Source of the DNA: Alphaproteobacteria bacterium
Lineage (GTDB): Bacteria; Pseudomonadota; Alphaproteobacteria; UBA828
NCBI GenBank assembly: GCA_965220745.1
Contig: CBDCQT010000012.1
Span: 160,001-224,000 of the forward strand
Reading direction: 5' to 3'
Length of the DNA stretch: 64,000 bases
Part shown: positions 1-10,565 of the stretch, piece after piece
How positions within the stretch are numbered: the first letter of the stretch is position 1
Layout: the number at the start of each line of letters is the position of its first letter
Notes under the pieces: generated by a model
Told to the model about the DNA's origin: nothing
The model's database searches: none
What the model saw: the letters and a program-made list of their open reading frames with translations, nothing else
Position numbers and translations under genes: made by a program

Positions 1-588
1 CTTCCACTGCCCCGTATCACGCAGCCAGGAAATGAACTGGATGTAGCCGAGACCGTACCAGTACTCTGCCGGGTCGGTCTGGAAGCAACTGTAATAGCGC
101 TCCGGATCGCTCATCACTGTGTCGTGGTGATGCAGGAGCGTGTTGTGGTGCAGGTAGAGGACTCCCGCATCCGCAACCGGCTCGTACTCGGCGTTGTTGG
201 GGCCAATGTTGTAGCCGTTGATAATGGCGTGGACTTCCTTGCTGTCGATCAGCCGGTTGAAGGCGGTGACCACTTCGTCCGCCGACTGGTTCTTGGTGTC
301 CTCCCAGTGCATCTCGATGGGACGGCCGAGCACGCCGCCGAGCGCGTTGATCTCTTCGACGGCCATCTCGATGCCATTTCTGAACTCAATCGCGTCGTGA
401 GCGCCCCATCCGGTGAAGGGCAGCGCGCTGCCGACGGGGATCGGATCGCCCTCGGCCTTGCCCTCGTTGAGCTCGGCCAGCGTTGCGCTCGAGGCGACGA
501 TCGCGCCGGCGCCGCCAATGGCAGCACCCTTAAGAATATCGCGACGGCTGAGGCCCTTCTTGGCGAGCTCCTCGACCGGCGTGTTCAT
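1..588 (-). CDS. Tat-exported ABC transporter substrate-binding protein (Leu/amide-binding family), partial; runs off the window edge
   Basis: Not in the ORF track. Manual translation from ATG 588: MNTPVEELAKKGLSRRDILKGAAIGG... (twin-arginine signal), then PIPVGSALPFTG...GIEMAVEEINALGGVLGRPIE. Frame is open to position 1. Confidence 0.85.
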   Translation of the reverse strand, partial: MNTPVEELAKKGLSRRDILKGAAIGGAGAIVASSATLAELNEGKAEGDPIPVGSALPFTGWGAHDAIEFRNGIEMAVEEINALGGVLGRPIEMHWEDTKNQSADEVVTAFNRLIDSKEVHAIINGYNIGPNNAEYEPVADAGVLYLHHNTLLHHHDTVMSDPERYYSCFQTDPAEYWYGLGYIQFISWLRDTGQWK

Positions 589-862
589 AAGCTGCTTCTC
601 TTTTGGTGTGCGGTACTTCGCCCACACGTAGTTCGACATTCCGGGGAATAGCTTCATCGGGTGACCTCCCTGTTACGAGTTCGTCTCTCCGCGACCGATC
701 ATCAGCCGCCGCACCAACGCACGCGCCCACTCATCCACCGTGGGTGGGTGCGCATTACGCCACTTCACCAACGACCAAGCAACTCCCGCCCTCTCGGACG
801 GAAGATGCGGACGCTGTACACCTGCGCCCGCGTACCGCGCCGGCATGGCCCGGACAATGCGT

Positions 863-3208
863 CTACTCCGCCGCCTCCGCTGCAGTCGTAGAGCTCTGGA
901 CCCTCCAGCTGTAGCAATCCCTCATAGCGGGCGCCGGTTTCTTCTCGACCGGGAAGGGCGTAGGATCGAGGAACCGGTCGAGCACGTTTTTGGTCAGACG
1001 CGACACGTTGTTGTCGAAATCGTTGCTGGGCAGACTTCCGACCCACGCCATCGACGACGCCGAGAAGACGGCACCACCGTTGGGCGTCTCAAAGAAGCAG
1101 AGATCGCCCCGCACGAATTCGTTCTCCTGCCCGCCGCATCCAGGAAGATTGAAGAGGATATCCTCGACCACCACGAGGTACGTGTCGGTATGATTTTCAG
1201 ACGACGCGACGCAAAGCGCGTGGGGCGGCGTTCCGAACCCGCGCTCGACCCGGTCGACCTCGAGCCCGGCGGCACCGCCACCGATCAAACCGAAGTCACC
1301 GATCAGCTCGTCGCTGCCGATACCCTCGAACATGAACTTGACGCGCTCGTCGAAGCTGTCGGGATTACGTCGGTAGTAAGTCGAGATATCGAAGCCTTCA
1401 GCCGAGAATCCGACGCCTGCCATGACGTTCGGGCCGAAGCGACCTTGCCGGCGCCATAGGCCGCTATATTCGCAGGTAAAACCGGTGTAGTACTCGCCGC
1501 TCTTGGGCGCCCACGCCCGACTTCCTCCCTCGGACCGCCGAATCTCGATCACGCCTGGCGCGCTGTTGTGGTAAGAGACACGCCAATAGAAGCCGTTACC
1601 GCCAAGATACATGAGCCGCCCACCCTGATGGGTGTAGTCGAAAACGGCGTCGAACATACTCTTCGAATAGTATTCCGGATGCGAGCCGGTCAGCACGGCG
1701 CTGTAGGGCGCGAGCACATCGGTTCCACCGTAGTGAACGTCCTCGTCCGTGATCACGTCAAAGTCGTAGCCCAATTTCTCGAGCCACACGGTCAGGTGTG
1801 TGTCGGCGTTGAACTGCCAGAGCTGCGAGCCGTCACCGCCGAGCATGGTTTGCGCCTTGGGCCGCATGTTGAGCACCGGACGCAGGCGCGAGGAAATGTG
1901 CACGCCGCTGCCATCGGAGTGACGGTCGTAGAGCGAGTGCCCGTACTCGCGATGCTCGTTCAGGAAGATATGGTGCTTATCGAGCTCGACCGCGCGATGG
2001 GTCATGATCTCCGCAGGCCACGGGTCGGTCGCGAAATGCTCATTCGCGTAGGCCTTGTAGCTGGTAATCGGGAACAGGAAGCAGACTTTCTTTTCCTTGC
2101 CTTGTGCCGGCCTGACCACGAAGGGGATGTACTCCTCGTCATCCCGAGCCTCGCCCGCAATCAGGTGCGCCGCGTAGATCCCGCTCTTCATCGAATCGGG
2201 AATGGTCAACTCGAAATCGACATCCCACCCCGAATCGTAGACGTCGTCATCGTGAAACTTGATCGCGCCATACTGATCCGGCGCGTGCTTCCAGCGCAAT
2301 TCCTCGCCGGTCCAGTTGTAGCCGGTGACGCCACGGGTCGGCATATGCACGATTTTCCCGTGAAGCCGGTGGCTGGAGGCATCGGTGATCGTGGTCTCCG
2401 AGATGTCGAGTGAGAAATCCCAGCTCCCGATTACACGTTGCGCGAGTGTCGTCGGTGCATTGCCGGCCAATATCTGCGCACTCTCCCCCGGGCTTAGCAC
2501 GCCCGAAACGATTGACGGGCTGTCGAGCTTGCCGTTGAAGTGGCACTTGCCGATTGCCGCGTCACCGCGCGGAGTGTCGCCGCCGTAACACGCGGCCATC
2601 ATGAGTGGCGCCTTGTTCCGCGCAGGTCTGACAGAGACGGCCTGCTCCGCCGCACCGGCGTCATCGATGGTCGGGTACTCGACCTGCGGCTCTTGCCGCA
2701 CGGTGATCGTGCCGGAGTCGGCATCGAAAGTCGCGGCGGCGAGATACCACTCGTACTCCACCATCGGCTTGCCGATCGAGACCGAGGCGACGCCACCGTC
2801 GCCGTCCCCCACCATGAGGGCCACGCCGCCCGATTCGTCGATCACTAGGGCGAAACCGCTGCTGTCCGCAGTCGACCATTTCGAGACCAGCGCCTGAAGC
2901 CCTTTGCGGGGCGTCGTCGGCCACACCATGACCTGGACCGAGAAGCTTCCCAGAGTCTCAAGTGGAGCCGAACTCGGGACCATCGCATAGGAGCCGGCGT
3001 AAATCTCCTGCTTGCGCCCCGGATAGGTGCCGTTCGCCGGGGTGTCAATGACCTCTTCTATGACCCCGGGCCCCTCCGGATTCAGATCACCCGACACCAC
3101 GCGAACGATCTTGGCTTGGTATTGCGGATGCTCGCAGTTCACCATGAACTTGATCGAGTCCCCCGGCGCGACACTGATCTGATCGCTATAGCCAGTGATC
3201 TTGAGCAT
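863..3208 (-). CDS. dmfA2: N,N-dimethylformamidase large (beta) subunit family protein
   Basis: Starts MLKITGYSDQISVAPGD; LamG-like domain; motifs YKAYANEH, SLYDRHSDGSG, GSHPEYYS, YLGGNGFYW, GAAGLEVD. Start set at ATG 3208 with a GGGAG RBS. Confidence 0.9.
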   Translation of the reverse strand: MLKITGYSDQISVAPGDSIKFMVNCEHPQYQAKIVRVVSGDLNPEGPGVIEEVIDTPANGTYPGRKQEIYAGSYAMVPSSAPLETLGSFSVQVMVWPTTPRKGLQALVSKWSTADSSGFALVIDESGGVALMVGDGDGGVASVSIGKPMVEYEWYLAAATFDADSGTITVRQEPQVEYPTIDDAGAAEQAVSVRPARNKAPLMMAACYGGDTPRGDAAIGKCHFNGKLDSPSIVSGVLSPGESAQILAGNAPTTLAQRVIGSWDFSLDISETTITDASSHRLHGKIVHMPTRGVTGYNWTGEELRWKHAPDQYGAIKFHDDDVYDSGWDVDFELTIPDSMKSGIYAAHLIAGEARDDEEYIPFVVRPAQGKEKKVCFLFPITSYKAYANEHFATDPWPAEIMTHRAVELDKHHIFLNEHREYGHSLYDRHSDGSGVHISSRLRPVLNMRPKAQTMLGGDGSQLWQFNADTHLTVWLEKLGYDFDVITDEDVHYGGTDVLAPYSAVLTGSHPEYYSKSMFDAVFDYTHQGGRLMYLGGNGFYWRVSYHNSAPGVIEIRRSEGGSRAWAPKSGEYYTGFTCEYSGLWRRQGRFGPNVMAGVGFSAEGFDISTYYRRNPDSFDERVKFMFEGIGSDELIGDFGLIGGGAAGLEVDRVERGFGTPPHALCVASSENHTDTYLVVVEDILFNLPGCGGQENEFVRGDLCFFETPNGGAVFSASSMAWVGSLPSNDFDNNVSRLTKNVLDRFLDPTPFPVEKKPAPAMRDCYSWRVQSSTTAAEAAE

Positions 3209-3324
3209 TGCGTCTTTACTCCCTGGTGTGTCCTCTTGGAATCTCAATCGAACCGGTCACCCACCCACGCCGGCGAAGGCCAGGGCGGCTGCCGTGCGGT
3301 AGCGCTCTACCCTGCGCTGAGATG

Positions 3325-3624
3325 CTAGTCCAAGGTTTCTCCGGTGTGACGGTGCCAGCGGAGCTTAAAGATCTCCCACTCGCCCTCTTCCCTGCTCGAT
3401 ACCCGTATGTTGTGGTACTTGAGCGGTTTGCCTCGGCCTTGCATCTCCGCCACAACCCATTCCTGGTGAGGTCGATCGATCACAAGGCAATACTTCCCCT
3501 CAATGGCCTCACCACGCATCCTGTTCAGCAGGCGGATGACTTCCGGCGGCTGAATTCCCACCGGCTGATTCCTGATGTGGTCGATCCACTTCCGATCCTG
3601 TTCGCCAATTTGATATCGCGTCAT
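3325..3624 (-). CDS. dmfA1: N,N-dimethylformamidase small (alpha) subunit-like protein
   Basis: About 99 aa directly upstream of the large subunit; RLLNRMRG...GKYCLV...PHQEW...EWEIFKLRW pattern. Confidence 0.7.
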   Translation of the reverse strand: MTRYQIGEQDRKWIDHIRNQPVGIQPPEVIRLLNRMRGEAIEGKYCLVIDRPHQEWVVAEMQGRGKPLKYHNIRVSSREEGEWEIFKLRWHRHTGETLD

Positions 3625-4049
3625 GGTGGTCACGGCGGAGGTCTCCCTGGGTTCCACTCACCTAGAGCACGCAGGAAATGTATCATGGACGCGCGGCGCA
3701 GGTCACCAGCATCATTGGTGCTGCGCCGGGTCTTGGTAGGGAGCGATTGCACCAAGCGCGTTTGCAGTTGAAGACGCCGCACGCCGCGCATTCAGTGGCC
3801 ATCTATCGAACGGCTGGCGGGCCAAACGGAATAAATGTATTGTCGGCTGCGATAGGCATGGCGGTTTCGGTACGAGGGAAGAATCGCGCTTCGATAAGAA
3901 GTTTTGTCTCTGCGTCAGCGGATTGCGCTATGCCTGCCGTACCACATTTGGGCCTGCTGCGAGGGCTCCAAACGAAGGAGATACGCTCGGCGCTCCGAAA
4001 GCAGCGGGACTAAACGGGAGCCCTACCAACCAATCATGAGAGATGCGCC

Positions 4050-4496
4050 ATGAAGCAAATCAGCTACGTAATCCAATTTCGCGGCACTGCAGGCCCCAAA
4101 GAAGGGGAGGAAGGGGTACTCCGGGCAAGAACCACCGGGGCGTCCGCCTCTATCACGACGAACATCAACGACAGCGGCGTCGACGCCGCGATCGAATCCA
4201 TCGCGGGCAACGATGCGTCCTTCGAGTCGGATGTCTTCCCGAATGAGGACGGTTCCTTCACGGAGTCGGGGGTCATCAACTTTGGAGGCGGCAACGGCTT
4301 CACCTTCAGCACACGCGGCAAGGGCGCGATGGGGCCGAGCGCAGACGAGAACTTGACCCACGGCGGAATCTGCTGGCAGGTCGATGCCGGCACCGGCATC
4401 TTCAATGGCGCCACCGGGATCATCACCTCGAATTTTACGGTGAGCGGCGCCGGCGAAGTCGTCGACAATCAGTGGGGCGTTATCTTCCTGAAGTAG
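4050..4496 (+). CDS. hypothetical beta-rich protein, possibly a dirigent/allene-oxide-cyclase-like barrel
   Basis: 148 aa with coding-like codon use; WQVDAGTGIFNGATGII resembles the GGTG-x-F-x-GA-x-G motif. Confidence 0.6.
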   Translation: MKQISYVIQFRGTAGPKEGEEGVLRARTTGASASITTNINDSGVDAAIESIAGNDASFESDVFPNEDGSFTESGVINFGGGNGFTFSTRGKGAMGPSADENLTHGGICWQVDAGTGIFNGATGIITSNFTVSGAGEVVDNQWGVIFLK

Positions 4497-4678
4497 TGCC
4501 TGAAACGGAGTGGGTGGCGGCTCTGTTGTGCGACTCGCCGAAGCGAGATTGAAGCACTAGTCGCCCTCACCCCCGCCCTTGCCGTGACCGCGGAAATCAA
4601 CTGAATCGGCCGCCAGGATAGGACAGGGTCTGTTTGCTCTCCATGACCAGACTGAGGACGCGGCAATGCAATTCTTCG

Positions 4679-6766
4679 CTAGCCGCTCGGGATAATCAAG
4701 GCATCGAGCGCGAGAGCGCCTTGGCCCTTCGGCAGGACGAGAAACGGATTGATGTCGATACTCTCGATCCGGTCGGCATATTCATGAGCGAATGCCGATA
4801 GTCGCGAGAGCGCTTCGGCGAGTGCATCGACATCTGACGGCTCCGCGCCGTGAGCGCCATCAAGCAGCGGGAAGCCCTTGACCTCGCGTAGCATCTCATG
4901 CGCCTCCTCGACGCCGAACGGCGCCAGACGTTGAGTCACATCGCCCAATAATTCAACGAATATGCCACCGAGCCCGAAGAGGACGACTGGCCCAAACACC
5001 GGGTCGCGCTTAACTCCAAGGATGGTTTCGACGCCGCCCGATATCATTGGCGCCACGACGACTCCATCGACTTTGGCGTCCGGTCGCGCCATCTTCGCGA
5101 GCTCAATCAGGGTGTCGTAGGCCTCCCGCGCCGCAGCTTCATCAGGGACATCGAGAAGCACGCCCCCGATTTCCGATCTGTGCGGAATGTTGGCAGAGGC
5201 GAGTTTCATCGCGACCGGAAAGCCGATTTCGGCTGCCCAAATCCCGGCCTCACCTGCCGACGTAGCCAAACATTCGTCAACCACGGGAATACCGGCCCCA
5301 GCAAGGATATGCATTGCCTCGACTTCGTTCGGCATCTCAGCCGGAAGATCGACTGGTACAGGGAGCGATGATGGCGCCGGCTGGTCCGCCTTCGCATACC
5401 TCTGCCCGAATTGAATTAAGGCCGCGGCCGCCCTGACGGCACGTGTCGGCTCTGGAATGACGAGATAGTTCAGGCCGTCAAATACCTGCCATGCTTCTTC
5501 GTCCATGGTAACCGAAATGATGATCGCTGCCGCCGGATACCTTTCGCGTATTCGGATCAGCCCCGTTCTGCGCAGGAATTCGATCGACGTCATGCCAGCG
5601 AAATACACGATGATCACATCATACTCGCCCTCTTCGATCATGACGTTGAGGCAGTGCTCAACAATTTCAGGCTGATTCACGGCTTGGCCGGTGATATCTA
5701 CCGGATTGCGAGTCCCCGCAAACGGAATGACGTCCTTGATTTTCGCTTGTGCTGCCACCGACAGACGGGCGACGTCGAGGCCAAGACTAACCGCATGATC
5801 GGACATAAGAATACCAACACCGCCCGAGATCGTGACAAAACCAATACGGTTTCCGGCCGGGAACAGACCGCCGGTGCAGGCATAACCGATGTCGAAAAAC
5901 TCATCCATCGTGTGGGCACGGTAGGCGTTGAATTTCTTGAGGACGGTATCGACCACGCTATCCGAACCGGCGAGTGAATCGGTGTGCGATAAGGCGGCTT
6001 CGGCGCCAACATCAGAACTGCCGACTTTCATCGCAACAACAGGTTTTTGCGCCTTCTTCGCTGCTTCCAAGCCCGCCATGAGTTTCGCGCCATCGCGGCT
6101 TGCCTCGAAATACATCAAGATCACTCTGGTTTCGGAATCACCGACATAGTAGTCTAGGCAGTCAGCGACGTTCACATCCGACTCGTTTCCCGTGGTCGCC
6201 CAAAGCCTGACGCCAAGGTGTCGTTGGCGTGCCTCCGCGTAGGTGACGCTGCCATAAGCCCCACTTTGACTGACAACGCTGACAGGCCCCAACTTCGGCG
6301 GCAGATTCATCATCGATACGCCAAAGGTGATGATCATATTGTGATCGAAGGCGGCGATGCCCATGCAGTTCGGGCCGACGATCCGCATTCCCGCATCGTC
6401 TGCAATCCGCCGCATATCGCTCTGCGTCTTGCGACCTTCATCGCCGGTTTCGGCAAACCCTGAACTGAATATGACGACTGCCTTGACGCCTTTTTCTGCG
6501 CATTCGCAGATCGCCGGCAACACGGCAGTTGCGGGCAGGACAATTAACGCCAAATCTACTTCGTTCTCGACGTCGAGGATCGACTTGTAGGCCCTCAAAC
6601 CTTGAACTTCTAAACGGTTCGGATTGATCGGATAAATGGGGCCATCAAACTCATAGTGTTTGAGGTATCTGAGTGGTCGACCCCCGATCTTGTTCTCGTC
6701 TGAGGAAGCTCCCAAGATCGCCACCGATCTCGGCCGAAACACCGCCTCCAAGGAAGCCCGGCTCAC
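4679..6766 (-). CDS. acetate--CoA ligase family (ADP-forming acyl-CoA synthetase), fused alpha/beta
   Basis: FRPRSVAILGAS, VGPNCMG, SQSGA, phospho-His site ALSHTDSLAG, ATP-grasp IPHRSEIGGV, IDINPF. Probable GTG start 6766. Confidence 0.9.
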   Translation of the reverse strand: MSRASLEAVFRPRSVAILGASSDENKIGGRPLRYLKHYEFDGPIYPINPNRLEVQGLRAYKSILDVENEVDLALIVLPATAVLPAICECAEKGVKAVVIFSSGFAETGDEGRKTQSDMRRIADDAGMRIVGPNCMGIAAFDHNMIITFGVSMMNLPPKLGPVSVVSQSGAYGSVTYAEARQRHLGVRLWATTGNESDVNVADCLDYYVGDSETRVILMYFEASRDGAKLMAGLEAAKKAQKPVVAMKVGSSDVGAEAALSHTDSLAGSDSVVDTVLKKFNAYRAHTMDEFFDIGYACTGGLFPAGNRIGFVTISGGVGILMSDHAVSLGLDVARLSVAAQAKIKDVIPFAGTRNPVDITGQAVNQPEIVEHCLNVMIEEGEYDVIIVYFAGMTSIEFLRRTGLIRIRERYPAAAIIISVTMDEEAWQVFDGLNYLVIPEPTRAVRAAAALIQFGQRYAKADQPAPSSLPVPVDLPAEMPNEVEAMHILAGAGIPVVDECLATSAGEAGIWAAEIGFPVAMKLASANIPHRSEIGGVLLDVPDEAAAREAYDTLIELAKMARPDAKVDGVVVAPMISGGVETILGVKRDPVFGPVVLFGLGGIFVELLGDVTQRLAPFGVEEAHEMLREVKGFPLLDGAHGAEPSDVDALAEALSRLSAFAHEYADRIESIDINPFLVLPKGQGALALDALIIPSG

Positions 6767-6886
6767 TGCCCACCCCGCGCATAGAGCCAACCTCCACACA
6801 AGGGTCGGCGCCCACCATTTGCTGCGACACCCTCTTTTCGTACGACGAGCATTCGCGCCATTCGTGTTTGATCTCGACGATCCACT

Positions 6887-8431
6887 TTAAGGACGCACCG
6901 GGAAACTCGTTGGGCCCTTCAGGTGCGGGAGCAGCGGCTGAACGCGGGCGATCCAGTCGCAGAGCACCGGGCGGGTTTCGCGCGGATCGATGAGGTCGTG
7001 GAAGGAAAAACTCTCCGCGCGAGGCACCGGCGACTGCCGCGCCAGCATCTCCTCTTCAAGCCGTTCGCGCTCGGCAATGGGGTCGTCAGCCTTGGCGATC
7101 TGACGGCCGAAGGCAACCGCCACGCCGCCCTCGACCGGGATTGCGCCAATTTTGGCTGAGGGCCAGGCGACGACGAAGCCGTCCGGGCCGAAATGCGCGG
7201 CCTCGGCAACGCCATGCGCCGTGCGCACGATCACCGACGCCCAGGGCACCACCGAGCTCGCCGCCGCGAGCACGGCGGCCGTGCCGAAACGGATCGTGCC
7301 GGCCTTTTCTGCTTCTGTGCCGATCATGAAGCCGGGCTCGTCGACCAGGCTTACGATGGGCAGGTGGAAGGTGTCGCAGAGCTCGATGAAGCGGCGCGTC
7401 TTCTGGGAGCCCGCCGCGGTCATGGCCCCGGCCAGGTGCCAGCAGTCGTTGGCGAGCACGCCGACCGGCTGGCCCGCGAGCCGGGCGAGGCCGGTGATCG
7501 TGCCTTGCCCGTAGAGGCGCCCGATCTCGAAGAACGAGCCCTCGTCCAGCACCAGCGCGATCACGCGCCGCATGTCATAGAGTTTGCGCCGGTTGCGCGG
7601 CACGATTTCGATCAGCTCCTCGGCGCGGCGAGCCGCTGGATCGTCGGCCGCCGTGCAGGGCGGGAGCTCCCAGACGTTCGGCGGCAAATAGCTGAGAAAG
7701 CGACGGATCTCGGCGAAGGCCGCGGGCTCGTCGGCGACCAGATTATCGACGACGCCGTTCCTAGCGTGCACCTCCGCGCCGCCGAGCGCCTCCTTGCTCG
7801 GGCGCCGGCCGAGCGCGCGCTCAACCACGGCGGGGCCCGCGACCAGAACCTGCGACGCCTCGGTCATCACCGAGAAGTGCGAGGCCACCAGGCGCGCCGC
7901 TGGCAGGCCCGCGACCGCGCCGAGCGCGGCCGAGGCGACAGGCACCGTGGCCATCGCCCTGGCCACGGAGGCGAAGCGCGGCGCGGCGTTGACCGGCGTG
8001 CCCACCGTCTTCGAGCCGGAGCCCGCGACGCTGCCGCCTGCGCCCTGATGCAGCCGCACCAGGGGCACGCGGTAGGTGCAGGCGAGCTCCTCCGCATAGA
8101 CACTCTTGCGCAGGCCGGCCTCGTTGGGCGAGCCGCCCCGGAGCGTGAAGTCCTCGCCGCCGATGACGCAGCGGCGCCCGTCCACCGTGCCGAAGCCGAG
8201 CACGAAGTTGGCCGGCGAGAAGTCTGTGAGCCGCCCTTCCTCGTCGCGGGTGGCATCGCCTGAGGCGCCGCCAAGCTCCTGAAACGAGCCACCGCCGAGC
8301 ATGGCGTCGATCCGCTCGCGGATCGTGAGCAGACCCTTGGCGTGCTGACGGGCGACGCCCTCCTCCCCGCCCTGGGCTTGCGCGAGCGCCCGCTTGCGCG
8401 CGAGCTCGTCGACCTCCCTCTCCCAGCTCAT
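6887..8431 (-). CDS. acyl-CoA carboxylase carboxyltransferase subunit
   Basis: QHAKGLLTIRERID, EDFTLRGGS, AGPAVV, GGAEVHARNGVVD, VDEPGFMIG, IDPRETR. Confidence 0.9.
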   Translation of the reverse strand: MSWEREVDELARKRALAQAQGGEEGVARQHAKGLLTIRERIDAMLGGGSFQELGGASGDATRDEEGRLTDFSPANFVLGFGTVDGRRCVIGGEDFTLRGGSPNEAGLRKSVYAEELACTYRVPLVRLHQGAGGSVAGSGSKTVGTPVNAAPRFASVARAMATVPVASAALGAVAGLPAARLVASHFSVMTEASQVLVAGPAVVERALGRRPSKEALGGAEVHARNGVVDNLVADEPAAFAEIRRFLSYLPPNVWELPPCTAADDPAARRAEELIEIVPRNRRKLYDMRRVIALVLDEGSFFEIGRLYGQGTITGLARLAGQPVGVLANDCWHLAGAMTAAGSQKTRRFIELCDTFHLPIVSLVDEPGFMIGTEAEKAGTIRFGTAAVLAAASSVVPWASVIVRTAHGVAEAAHFGPDGFVVAWPSAKIGAIPVEGGVAVAFGRQIAKADDPIAERERLEEEMLARQSPVPRAESFSFHDLIDPRETRPVLCDWIARVQPLLPHLKGPTSFPVRP

Positions 8432-8783
8432 GCGGGGCTTACGAGGGCCTCACCCGACGACGCTGTTTGTCGTCGTCGGGTGTTAACGGCACTCGTCCTC
8501 TCCTCGTTGTGCCGTATTGTGGGTGTCCGTGGGCTCCCTGAAGCGATCCTGACACACGACGAACGCGTGCGTCTTTGTCGGTGCCTCGCCCAGCGGCAAG
8601 CGATCGCCGGGATCACTCAGCTGCATTCACTCCCCCTGCGTAACCGCTAGTGTCATTGGCGAACAAGCTGCAGAGGCTGCGCCCACCACTTATCCTTGCC
8701 AGGTACTCAAACGGCGGCACGCAGTCATGAATGTCTCAAAGGCTGAACAGACGCGGTGCTGCCCGAAATACCTTGCCTCAGGC

Positions 8784-9257
8784 TCAGCCCGAAGGGCCTT
8801 TTCCTTCCATAACGGGGCCCCGGTTGAAGGGTTCGCTGCCGTCGTGCATCCAGCCGTGATACCGGGGTAGTTCGTCTACAGTATCGAACCACTCGATCCG
8901 CTCGTCCGTCCAAATGTGAAATTGCGGAACCAAGGCGTCGGGGTCGTCCGTCGTGCTGATGAAAACCTCGATCAGGTCCCCGCCGAGTTCCTCTACGTAC
9001 CCCTCCCACGTGAGCGGAGTCCCACACTTGCCGCAAAAGCCACGCCTGATACCCGGCGATGACTCATAGATATTCCGCTCTTCGCCCGTCCAGGTGATCT
9101 CGCTCTTGAGATAACCTACGAGCGCAGCCACCACGGCGCCTGTGTGGCTCCTGCATGACTTGCAGTGGCAATAGACGACGGCGTGCGCTTCAGGGGCTTC
9201 ATAGCGAACCGCGCCGCACATGCAGCCTCCGGTAACCTTGTCAGGACCACTCCCCAT
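8784..9257 (-). CDS. GFA family (glutathione-dependent formaldehyde-activating enzyme-like) protein
   Basis: GGCMCGAVRY, CHCKSCR, RGFCGKCGTPL Zn-binding motifs; ATG 9257 with an AGGAGG RBS. Confidence 0.88.
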   Translation of the reverse strand: MGSGPDKVTGGCMCGAVRYEAPEAHAVVYCHCKSCRSHTGAVVAALVGYLKSEITWTGEERNIYESSPGIRRGFCGKCGTPLTWEGYVEELGGDLIEVFISTTDDPDALVPQFHIWTDERIEWFDTVDELPRYHGWMHDGSEPFNRGPVMEGKGPSG

Positions 9258-9399
9258 AGCAACCTCCTCCTGTGGGCTTGAAGGTTCCGAATTGGCCTTG
9301 AGAAGCCTCCAAGTGCAACTTATCGACCCGGTGGCCCGCAGCTTACCAAACACAACCGTTGATGTCGTCGCTGTCATTCGAATGAGCTTGCCTCCCGCA

Positions 9400-10437
9400 G
9401 GATTCCTCTGCGAAATTAGTTCGGCAGGGTGTTGGGGAAGGTTTTCGGCTTGTGCGGTGTTGATGGAGCCGATTTTGCCGCTGCCGTCGGGCGATCTTGT
9501 GTCTGAAACGGCGGTTTGCGGGCGCACTGGTCGGTCAACAGCCCGCAATCAGGCTGGCGCGGCGCAGGTTGTAGGCGGTGGCAGCGGCGTAGAGGCGGGC
9601 GGTGTTCCTCTCGAGCACGCAACTCCTGGCCCGCCTCAGCCCGTAGAGGCGCTTCAGCGCCGAAAAGACGGCCTCCACCGGCGCCCGGCGCCTGGCAATG
9701 AGATCGTTGCGCCGCTGCTGCCAGGGCGGCAGCGAGGCCATGTGCTTGTTGCGCCGGTGCATGATGCGGTCCTTGATGCCGGCGGCCTTGAGCCTTGCCC
9801 GTCTCGGCTTGCCCTCGTAGGCGCGATCGCCATAGACCGCCCCCTCGTCGCCGCAGATCAACCGATCGGCAACCTCGCTTCGTAGGTCTTGGCCGAGCTC
9901 AGCGCCACGCGACGGATCAGCCCGGAGCCCTGGTCGACACCCACATGCGCCTTGTAGCCGAAGAAGCCACGGCCCTTCTTCCGCGTCCAATCCGCACCGG
10001 GCTCGCGCGGGTGCCCGGCACCCGCGCCCGCCTTGTACGGCGGAGGCCGCGAGGCCGAGGCCACCAGCGTCGCGTCCATCAGCGTGCCCTTGCGCAGGAT
10101 CAGCCCGGCGGCATCCAGCTGGCGGTTGATCTCCTCGAACGCCGCCTCCAGAACAGCGCCCGCGTCCGCGCGAAAGCGGCAGATCGTGGTCTCGTCCGGC
10201 ATGCCCCCATCCAGCGCAAAGCCGCAGAAACGCCGGAACGACAGCCGTTCCAGCAGCGTCTCCTCCAGACCGGGGTCCGAAAGGTCGTAAAGCGCCTGAA
10301 GATAGAGCGCCTTCAGCATCGACAGCGGCGCATAGGGCGGGCGCCCCCGCCGTCCTCCGCGCACGCCCGAAGCCAGACGCTCGAGAGGAGCCCAGTCGAT
10401 CAATCCATCCAGCCGTTCCAGCTTCCGGTTCGTACCC
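9400..10437 (-). mobile_element. IS5-family element; transposase 5'-truncated and frameshifted
   Basis: IDWAPLE, GRPPYAP, PDETTICRFR, GTLMDATLV, FGYKAHVGVD (ORF 9858-10403). Continues in another frame as GDRAYEG...RAPVEAVF...AYNLRR to the stop at 9535, with a 1-bp loss near 9880. Probable terminal IR GGATTCCTCTGCGAAA at 9400 (tentative). Confidence 0.82.
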
Positions 10438-10565
10438 AGAGCGCATCCGTTTTAGACGGAACCATATCCGACGTTTCGGATGTAGTTATTGCATTCGCTG
10501 GGCTCGATGGTGTCGATGAGGTGCCCGAGGTGGCGCCAAGTGTCCTCGAAGTCGCGCTTCTTGGT
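10438..10565 (-). mobile_element. IS630-family remnant (transposase C-terminus and right end)
   Basis: Manual translation KKRDFEDTWRHLGHLIDTIEPSECNNYIRNVGYGSV* (stop 10451-10453), typical of IS630 C-termini. End sequence AGAGCGCATCCG. Confidence 0.72.

Noticed and set aside
9870-9890. Programmed frameshift in the IS5 transposase
   Set aside because: No slippery run at the site, and the element is also truncated. It looks like a 1-bp deletion.
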